Assembly (NCBI GenBank): GCA_041494685.1
Contig: JBGQBE010000004.1
Location: forward strand, 62,001-126,000
Reading direction: 5' to 3'
DNA from: Dehalococcoidia bacterium
Lineage (GTDB): Bacteria; Chloroflexota; Dehalococcoidia; DSTF01; JACRBR01
DNA: 64,000 nucleotides
Shown here: positions 57,221-64,000 of the stretch, one piece after another
How positions within the stretch are numbered: position 1 is the first letter of the stretch
How the letters are laid out: each line of letters opens with the position of its first letter
Program-made: the position numbers and the translations under genes
The notes under the pieces: generated by a model
Database searches by the model: none
What the model saw: the letters and a program-made list of their open reading frames with translations, nothing else
Told to the model about the DNA's origin: nothing

Positions 57221-57675
57221 AATGATGCTTCCTCGATCACATCCAGCGCGCGGCGCACGACCTGCACTTCGTTGTAGTGCGTCATGACGCGCAGAGCCTC
57301 CTGCGCGAGAAACCACTCCACACGATCATACTCGGCATCGTGCTCATCCACAGCACCGTTACCGGTGGGACTCATCAGGTAGTGGTGGACGGTCTTCTCG
57401 TAGCGCACGCCCTGGGCGGGACGCGCGAATCCATACTCGACGATGCCCAGCTCTCGCACGATGTCCACGTGAAGGCCGGTCTCCTCACGCACTTCGCGGA
57501 GCGCAGTCTCGCGCAGCGTCTCGCCGGGCTCGGGCGTGCCCTTGGGCAGCGCCCAGAGCCGCTCCGCGGAGCGGCCGCAGAGGACGACCTCTACACCGCT
57601 CTCGCCGCGACGGAATACGACGCCTCCCGCCGACACGGCCTGCTCAACCCGCAGCCCGGCGCCGCCCAGCGTCAT
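57217..57675 (-). CDS. NUDIX hydrolase
   Basis: LPKGTPEPGETLRETALREVREETG. Confidence 0.92.
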   Translation of the reverse strand: MTLGGAGLRVEQAVSAGGVVFRRGESGVEVVLCGRSAERLWALPKGTPEPGETLRETALREVREETGLHVDIVRELGIVEYGFARPAQGVRYEKTVHHYLMSPTGNGAVDEHDAEYDRVEWFLAQEALRVMTHYNEVQVVRRALDVIEEASL

Positions 57676-58634
57676 TCGTCTTCCTCGTCCGCGTCTTCAG
57701 CGACGCTGCGGTCCAGGTACGTCTTGAAGCCAAGGGGATCCTCGACGAAGTCGGCCTCGCTCAACGCGTCGGTGACGGCCTCGAGCACGCGCTCGTCGCT
57801 ATGCTCGTCGGCGACGGCGTGCAGCGCGGCCCGGGCCAACGGGCCCCCGATCTGGCCCAGCGCGGTGATCGCGGCTTCCTGTACTTCCGCGTCGTCGTCA
57901 CGCGTCAGCAGCACCAGGTGCGGGATGGCCTCTTCGTCACCCATCGTGCCGGCCGCGGTGGCCGCCTCGAAGCGCATCTCCGCGTCGTCACTGCGCATCT
58001 CTTCGACGAGCATCGGCAGCCAGTCCGGGTCGGCGTTGCGGCCCATGGCGTGGACGGCGCTGATCTGAAGCCGGCGGTCGCCGCTGGCGTACGCGTCGTC
58101 GATCAGGTCGTGCACCCAGTCTTCGACGCGCACGCCGAGCGCTTCGAGCGCGCGGCCGCGCACTTCGGTGAGTTCGGCCTCGTCGGTGTAGACCGCCCGC
58201 AGCGAGGCTTCGATCTCGGCCATGTGCGGCGTCGGAGCATCGTTCAATTCGGCGCGCAACAGGAAGCGGCCGAGGCCCATAGCGGCCTCCGCGCGGACGA
58301 TCGCCTCGGGGTCTCCGAGGATGCGCATGAGCGCGCGGACGAGGTCGTTGCCCTCGTACTCCCACAGCGCCTTGATCGATTCGGCGCGCACCTGAACGTC
58401 GTCGTCGAGCATGCCGAGCAGGAAGACGGAGTTGAAGTCCATCTCGACGTTGTCCTCGGCGATGTCGGCCAGCAGATCGATGATCTCTCGTCGGCGCTGG
58501 ATGCTGAGACCGCGCCACACGGAGAGGAAGCGTTCGCGATCCGTACCGGCGAGTCCGCTCAGCGCGGTCAGCTCTTTGGCAGGCGGAGCCTTCTCCGGGT
58601 TCTCGAGCTGGGGGAGCAACGTATCGAAGGACAT
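57672..58634 (-). CDS. HEAT-repeat protein
   Basis: Repeated DxxVRxxAxxALG units. Confidence 0.85.
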   Translation of the reverse strand: MSFDTLLPQLENPEKAPPAKELTALSGLAGTDRERFLSVWRGLSIQRRREIIDLLADIAEDNVEMDFNSVFLLGMLDDDVQVRAESIKALWEYEGNDLVRALMRILGDPEAIVRAEAAMGLGRFLLRAELNDAPTPHMAEIEASLRAVYTDEAELTEVRGRALEALGVRVEDWVHDLIDDAYASGDRRLQISAVHAMGRNADPDWLPMLVEEMRSDDAEMRFEAATAAGTMGDEEAIPHLVLLTRDDDAEVQEAAITALGQIGGPLARAALHAVADEHSDERVLEAVTDALSEADFVEDPLGFKTYLDRSVAEDADEEDE

Positions 58635-58720
58635 GAGCGCTCCTGCGGCGACGGCGCCGCGCCCGCGCGAGCGGCGGGCATGCCGTTGGGATTCAGTCTA
58701 TGGATCGCACGCGCGGGGTG

Positions 58721-59503
58721 TCAACGATCGGCGTCACTGTCGCGCGCGGCGGCGGAGGCGACGGGCTCGCGCGCGTCACGTTCGCGCGCGGGTGCGGCGG
58801 CGACGCGCGGCCGCGATCGGGAGAAGCGCACGCGGACGATCGCGCGCAGGACGCTCCAGCCGACGCCGGGGCTGAGCTTCTTCCCGTCCTCGACGCTGCG
58901 CGGCTCGTACGTCACGGGCACCTCGACGATGCGGTGGCCGTCGCGCAGCAGCCTGCAGGTGATCTCGGCGTCGAGATCGAAGCCGTCGCACTGGAGATCG
59001 AGCGTGCGGGCGACGTCGGCGCGCAGCACTTTGTAGCAGGTGAGGATGTCGGTGAGGCGGGTGACGTAGAGCACGTTGGCGGCCCAGGTGAGCATGAAGT
59101 TGCCGGCGTACCCGACGAGCGGCGTCCGGCCGCGGCCGCGGCCCTTGAAGCGCGAGCCGAAGACGACGTCGGTCTGCCCCCGCACGATGGGCGCGAGGAG
59201 CGACGGGATCTCGCCGGGGTCGAGCTCGAGGTCGGCGTCCTGCACCATGACGATGTCGCCAGTGGCGCGATCGAAGCCGGTGCGCACGGCGCGCCCCTTG
59301 CCGCGAGCGGCGTCCTCGAGCACGAGTACGAGGTCGGATGACTGCGGCAGCGACAGCAGCGCCTCGCGCGTGCCGTCGGTCGAGGCGCCGTCGACGACGA
59401 TGATCTCTCTGGGCATGCCGCAGTCGATGGCGCGGACGCGCTCGATCAGCGGGACGACGGTGTCGCGCTCGTTGCGGACGGGGATGACGATCGAGAGCTT
59501 CAT
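58721..59503 (-). CDS. Glycosyltransferase family 2 (polyprenol-phosphate glycosyltransferase-like)
   Basis: SIVIPVRNE, DGASTDGT, GKG, QDADLE, VFGSRF. Confidence 0.9.
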   Translation of the reverse strand: MKLSIVIPVRNERDTVVPLIERVRAIDCGMPREIIVVDGASTDGTREALLSLPQSSDLVLVLEDAARGKGRAVRTGFDRATGDIVMVQDADLELDPGEIPSLLAPIVRGQTDVVFGSRFKGRGRGRTPLVGYAGNFMLTWAANVLYVTRLTDILTCYKVLRADVARTLDLQCDGFDLDAEITCRLLRDGHRIVEVPVTYEPRSVEDGKKLSPGVGWSVLRAIVRVRFSRSRPRVAAAPARERDAREPVASAAARDSDADR

Positions 59504-60204
59504 GCGTGGCGCTCCGCGATCAGGCGCGCGGCGTCCTCGAGCTGCTCCAGCCGGTCGATGGCGATCCAGTCGTCGTCGAAGCGGTAGGCGCCGACGCTGC
59601 GCCCGTCGGCGAGCAGGCGGTTCACGAGATCCGGGATGTCGAAGAAGCTGTTGTAGGGGATGACATCGAGCGCGGAGGGCTGGAGGGCGTAGATGCCCGC
59701 GCTCACCAGGTCGGTGACGCCGGGCTTCTCGACGATGCCGGTCACGCGCTCGCCGTCGGTCTGGATGACGCCGTAGGGGTGCTGCAGCTTGAACTCGCGC
59801 GAGGCGACGGTGATCTCGAAGCCGCCGCGGCGGTGGAACTCCATGAAGGCCACCATATCGAGGTCGGTGAGGATGTCGCCGTTCATCGCGAGGATCGGCT
59901 CGTCCGGCGGCAGGTCGAAGCTGTCGCGCACGAGCGAGAGCGGGCCGGCCGTGCCGAGCGCGTGGGACTCGCGCACGTAGTCGATGCGGACGTCGAGCTG
60001 CGAGCCGTCGCGGAAGTACGTTTCGATCAGCTCGGCGCGGTAGCCGACGGCGATGATCAGGTCGCGGAACCCTGCGGGACGGAGGCGCTCGATGATCTCT
60101 TCGAGGATCGGCTTCTCGCCGACGGGGAGCAGCGGCTTGGGGATGGTGTAGGTGAGCGGCCGCAGGCGCACGCCCTTGCCGCCGGCGAGGATCACGGCCC
60201 TCAT
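59500..60204 (-). CDS. Sugar-phosphate nucleotidyltransferase
   Basis: LAGGKGVRLRPLT..PKPLL, LGTAGPL, NGDILT. Confidence 0.92.
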   Translation of the reverse strand: MRAVILAGGKGVRLRPLTYTIPKPLLPVGEKPILEEIIERLRPAGFRDLIIAVGYRAELIETYFRDGSQLDVRIDYVRESHALGTAGPLSLVRDSFDLPPDEPILAMNGDILTDLDMVAFMEFHRRGGFEITVASREFKLQHPYGVIQTDGERVTGIVEKPGVTDLVSAGIYALQPSALDVIPYNSFFDIPDLVNRLLADGRSVGAYRFDDDWIAIDRLEQLEDAARLIAERHA

Positions 60205-61193
60205 ACGGCGTACTCGCGCGGGCGGTAGAGGTCGATGTGCTCGCGGACCCACTCGGCGGTGCGGCGCAAGCCGTCGTCGAGCGACACTTCAGCGCGCCAG
60301 CCGGCCAGCCGCTGCGCCTTCGAGCTGTCGGAACGCAGGCGCGACACCTCGCTCTTCGCCGGCCGCAGGCGCTGGCTGTCGCCCTCGACCTCCAGCTCGC
60401 GCCCGACGATGGCGCCGACCTTCGCGACGATCTCGCGGATGCTCACCTCGCGCCCGGAGCCGGCGTTCACGACTTCGCCGACGGCGGCGTCGGCGCCGCC
60501 GATGGCGATGAAGCCGCGGGCGGTATCGGCGACGTAGGTGAAGTCGCGCGTGGTGTCGAGCGTGCCCAGGTGCAACGCACCGCCGGTCACCGCCTGGCTG
60601 ATGATCGTGGGGATGACGGCGCGCGCCGACTGCCGCGGTCCGTAGGCGTTGAACGGGCGCACGATGGTCACGGGCATGCCGAACGAGCGGTGGAAGCTCA
60701 GGCCCAGCGCATCGCCCGCGATCTTGGTGGCGGAGTACGGCGACTGCGCCTGCAGCGGGTGCTCCTCGTCCATCGGCACGCGGAGCGCGGAGCCGTATAC
60801 CTCGCTGGTGGAGGTCAGCACGACGCGATCGAGCGTGCCGATCTCCCTCGCGGCCAGCAGCACGTTCGACGTGCCGATGATGTTCGTGTCGATGACTTCC
60901 TGCGGGTGCTCGTACGAGTACGGGATGCCGATCAGCGCCGCCAGGTGGAACACCGCGTCGGCGCCGCGCATCACCTCGCGCACGGCGTCGAAGTCGCGCA
61001 CATCGCCGAGGGTGATTGCGACGCCGGCGAGGAGGGGTTCGGGCAGCAGATCGAGGCAGCCGCGCTGGCCGCGCGACGTGTAGCGCAGCATGGCGCGCAC
61101 GTGCGCCCCCTGGCTCGCGAGCTGCTCGACGACGTGGCTGCCGATGAACCCGCCGGCGCCGGTGACGACGACCGTCTTACCTTCGAATCGCAC
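60201..61193 (-). CDS. NAD-dependent nucleotide-sugar 4,6-dehydratase/epimerase (LegB-like)
   Basis: TGAGGFIGSH, LAALIGIPYS, TSTSEVYG, QSPYSATK, RPFNAYGPRQSARAVIPTII. Confidence 0.9.
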   Translation of the reverse strand: MRFEGKTVVVTGAGGFIGSHVVEQLASQGAHVRAMLRYTSRGQRGCLDLLPEPLLAGVAITLGDVRDFDAVREVMRGADAVFHLAALIGIPYSYEHPQEVIDTNIIGTSNVLLAAREIGTLDRVVLTSTSEVYGSALRVPMDEEHPLQAQSPYSATKIAGDALGLSFHRSFGMPVTIVRPFNAYGPRQSARAVIPTIISQAVTGGALHLGTLDTTRDFTYVADTARGFIAIGGADAAVGEVVNAGSGREVSIREIVAKVGAIVGRELEVEGDSQRLRPAKSEVSRLRSDSSKAQRLAGWRAEVSLDDGLRRTAEWVREHIDLYRPREYAV

Positions 61194-61401
61194 GAATCCC
61201 CCAGCCGACGACGCGGACGAACAGGCCTCCCAACGCGATCAGCGCCAGTATGACGCAAACCAGCAGCCAGATGTAGAGCGTGACGGAGAGGGCGAAGGCG
61301 AAGCCGGCGTCCGAACTCAGGGCGACCAGGAACGCGATGACGGGCGACACCAGCAGCAGCCCGATGGCGATGCGGAGCCAGTGGCTCGCCAGCGGGTTCA
61401 C
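61177..61401 (-). CDS. Small 2-TM membrane protein
   Basis: GTGA overlap with the upstream gene; MNPLASHWLRIAIGLLLVSPVIAFLVAL... Confidence 0.55.
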   Translation of the reverse strand: MNPLASHWLRIAIGLLLVSPVIAFLVALSSDAGFAFALSVTLYIWLLVCVILALIALGGLFVRVVGWGIRAIRR

Positions 61402-62786
61402 GGAGACGGCGTCCCGAAGGTGCGCAGCAGCGAACCGAGCGTCCGCCCGCCGAAGACGTCGCGCCAGCGCGCGGCGGTCACTCCCCAGATGGCGGAGAGC
61501 GACGTCGAGCTGAAGATGGCGAGTGGGATGTAGAGCGCGTAGTGGTAGCGAGGGTCGCCGATGAACAGCACGCCGAAGACGATCATGTAGAACGGCACGA
61601 TGCCGAACACCGCGAGGCGCTTCGTGTCGGAGGTCTTCCACCAGAGGGGCCAGCCCGCCAGCGAGAGCGCGATCATCCCGTAGAACATGGCGCTGGAGAT
61701 CCGGATCAGCCGGTCGGCGCCCTCGGTCCCGAACCAGGGCTTGTTGCTCTGCAGCCAGGTGACGCCGCTCTCGTCGCTGCGGAAGAGCATGTACATGCGC
61801 CGCGGCACGAGCTTCAACTCCTCCAGCTTGTGGTCCAGCGCCCATTCGCGCGCCAGCTTCGAGCCGTCCTTGTTCGCCTTGAGTTCGATCTCCTTGCGGG
61901 ACAGCCCCTTGTAGTCCTGCTCGAGCCGCCAGAACGCCTCGAGGCTCGGGCCGCCGTCCGTCTTCTCGTTGTGCCCCTGGAAGACGACTCGCCCTGCGCC
62001 GGTCGTGCCGACGATCCACTGGTCGAAGTGGATGTGGTTGCGCACGGTCCATGGCGTGATGATGATCGCCGCACCAGCGGCCAGCGCCAGCAGCGGCAGC
62101 AGCGCCCGCCTGCGGAAGTGCAGCAACACGAGCAACGCGAACACGGCGCCGTACGCCAGGAACTCGCCGCGCACGTATCCGGTGAAGGCGGTCAGCGCGC
62201 CCAGCGCGAGGATCAGCGGCAGGTTGGGCTTTGGCCTGTCGAAGACGAAGTAGATGTACAGCGCGAGCTGCAGCGCGAGGAGGAAGCCGAAGTACGTCTC
62301 CGACAGCAACACGGCCGTGAAGAGGACGTGGCCGGGTAACACGGCCAGCGTGAGCCCCGCGAAGATGCCCGGTCGCCGCCCGAAGATCTTCTTCGCGATC
62401 AGGAAGACGAGCGCCGCCGTCAGCGATCCGAACAGCACGTTGAGCAGCCGGGCCGCCCACAGCGAGTCACCGGTGACCTTGTACACGCCCGCGAGCGTCA
62501 GGGGATATCCGGGCGGCCAGAGGGCGGTCGGCGTCAGGTCCGTCTCGCCGGGGTAGATGAGGTCGCCGTTCGGCGCCTTCCAGACGGTCGGGTCGAAGAC
62601 GTAGCCCTTGCCCTCGGCGAGGCGCCTGGCCGTGGTGTCGTACCAGACGCTGTCGTCGTAACGGCCGTCGCGCGGGTTCGGGTGCGCGTACGCGACGAGC
62701 GCCAGCCGCACGCCGAACGCCACGAGGAAGACGGCGAGCAGCCAGCGCGCATCGGGCGTGCGGAGCCACCCGCGCAGGCGCTTCAT
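61398..62786 (-). CDS. GT-C membrane glycosyltransferase (GT39/ArnT-like)
   Basis: YDDSVWY, WPPGYP, LLSET, PWTVRN, GDPRYH; many TM helices. Confidence 0.85.
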   Translation of the reverse strand: MKRLRGWLRTPDARWLLAVFLVAFGVRLALVAYAHPNPRDGRYDDSVWYDTTARRLAEGKGYVFDPTVWKAPNGDLIYPGETDLTPTALWPPGYPLTLAGVYKVTGDSLWAARLLNVLFGSLTAALVFLIAKKIFGRRPGIFAGLTLAVLPGHVLFTAVLLSETYFGFLLALQLALYIYFVFDRPKPNLPLILALGALTAFTGYVRGEFLAYGAVFALLVLLHFRRRALLPLLALAAGAAIIITPWTVRNHIHFDQWIVGTTGAGRVVFQGHNEKTDGGPSLEAFWRLEQDYKGLSRKEIELKANKDGSKLAREWALDHKLEELKLVPRRMYMLFRSDESGVTWLQSNKPWFGTEGADRLIRISSAMFYGMIALSLAGWPLWWKTSDTKRLAVFGIVPFYMIVFGVLFIGDPRYHYALYIPLAIFSSTSLSAIWGVTAARWRDVFGGRTLGSLLRTFGTPSP

Positions 62787-64000
62787 GGCGCCTCCACCTG
62801 CGCGACCCGGCGGCCGGCTCGCGCGGCATCCCACAGCGCCACCATCGTCGCGCTGGCGATGACGACCGCGAGCGGGATCGCGGGGAAGTGGAAGCGCGGA
62901 TCGCCGAAGAACACGAGGGGCAGCGCCAGCACGTAGAGCAGCATCAGCATCACGATCAGCCGCCGCACGTCTTTCGCCAGGACGAACGCCAGGCCGCCGG
63001 CGAGCACCAGCACGCCGGTGGCGTAGTAGATCGAGTTCGCGGCGAACGCGAGCACCTCGCGCCGGAAGTTCGGGATGAAGTAGTCGTTGCCGTACGACTC
63101 CGCGGCCCAGATGCCGTCATCGTCCTTGTAGAGGAGCCAGTAGGCCTTCTGCGCGATCAGCTTCGGCATCCGGAACGGGTGCGACGCGACGTCTTTGATC
63201 GCGATCTTCACGCCCTCCCTGTTGCGGTCGATCTCGACCTGCGACGCCGACTTGCCGGCGTCGTTGGCGAAGCACTTGCCCTGCAGCGTGAACGCGCCCT
63301 GCGCGCCGAGGTAGTTGCCGATGCAGAGGTCGTCGCCGACATTCGTCGACGGTCCGGTGAGCGTGCCGAACGCGACGGTGTTGCGCACAGACCACGGGAC
63401 GATCAGCACGGCGATGCCCGCCCAGACGACCAGCGCCTGCAACAGCGCGCGTCTCTTCGACCGCATGTAGAAGAACCAGACCGCCAGCAGCATGGCCGGC
63501 AGCATCAGTGTGATGCCGCGCGTCATGGTGGCGTAGCTGAGCAGCAGGCCGACCACGAACAGCCGCCCGTAGCCGATACCGTCGCGATCCCACGGCTTCC
63601 ACAACAGCACCACGATCGACGCGACGAAGAGCAGCGTGAACAGCGGCTCGGAGAGCACCGTGCCCGTGTAGTACACCTGGCTCGGGAAGATCGATAACAG
63701 CAGCGCCGCCACGATGCCGGTGCGGCGGTCAAGAATCCGCCTGGTGAGCAGGTACAGCAGCACGACCGTCATCGCGCCGAAGATGCCGTTCATGATCTTG
63801 ATCGAGAAGATGCTGCGGCCCCAGCCGAAGATGTCGCCACCTTTCTTCAGGGCGCCGACGGTGAGCGGGAAGCCGGCCGGGTAGTAAGCGATCTTCTCGC
63901 CGGTCGGGCGCGTGTAGCCCAGGCCGTCGGCGATGCGGTCGCCGAAGAGCGTGTAGAGCGTCGGGTCGTTGAGGCCCTGCGGACTGCGGTCGTTGTAGGC
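62783..64000 (-). CDS. GT-C membrane glycosyltransferase (GT39/ArnT-like), 5' end outside the window
   Basis: NDPTLY, YYPAGFP, LSEPL, PWSVRN, GDPRFH; frame open to the window edge; paralogue of the downstream gene. Confidence 0.85.
   Translation of the reverse strand, partial: AYNDRSPQGLNDPTLYTLFGDRIADGLGYTRPTGEKIAYYPAGFPLTVGALKKGGDIFGWGRSIFSIKIMNGIFGAMTVVLLYLLTRRILDRRTGIVAALLLSIFPSQVYYTGTVLSEPLFTLLFVASIVVLLWKPWDRDGIGYGRLFVVGLLLSYATMTRGITLMLPAMLLAVWFFYMRSKRRALLQALVVWAGIAVLIVPWSVRNTVAFGTLTGPSTNVGDDLCIGNYLGAQGAFTLQGKCFANDAGKSASQVEIDRNREGVKIAIKDVASHPFRMPKLIAQKAYWLLYKDDDGIWAAESYGNDYFIPNFRREVLAFAANSIYYATGVLVLAGGLAFVLAKDVRRLIVMLMLLYVLALPLVFFGDPRFHFPAIPLAVVIASATMVALWDAARAGRRVAQVEAP

Overview
High-GC bacterial chromosomal window. 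Gene content and order (NuoG-like Fe-S protein with an extra Cys-rich insert, fliA/csrA, DUF35-thiolase, hem/arg/pur/his genes) suggest Chloroflexota, probably Dehalococcoidia; this is an inference. Most of it is housekeeping: three tRNAs (Lys-CTT, Val-GAC, Ile2-CAT), nuoI + nuoG-like, argS, ligA, hisHA, larE, a siroheme/heme cluster, argCJB, purFMH and a glycosylation cluster at the right end. Accessory DNA comprises an integrase-less islet of about 1.9 kb bracketed by tRNA-Ile2 and a copy of its 3' part, an XamI-family type II restriction-modification pair, and a doubly frameshifted vapBC locus. The strongest candidates for undescribed biology are: (1) the tRNA islet carrying a Pepco-like small protein coupled to a Lit/M48-like HEXXH protease, a putative defence module; (2) a thrC-like/NIL/sulfur-carrier operon preceded by an unannotated Met-rich leader peptide and anti-SD pairing, suggesting Met-sensing translational attenuation of a homocysteine route; (3) a catalytically degenerate Gfo/Idh/MocA protein with SspB-like C-terminal motifs coupled to fliA; (4) Rex-like operators on the hem and nuo promoters plus an HTH-globin-like regulator heading the hem operon. 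Many genes appear leaderless. No CRISPR array, rRNA or intact transposase/integrase was seen. All family calls come from motif recognition by eye, not from database searches.
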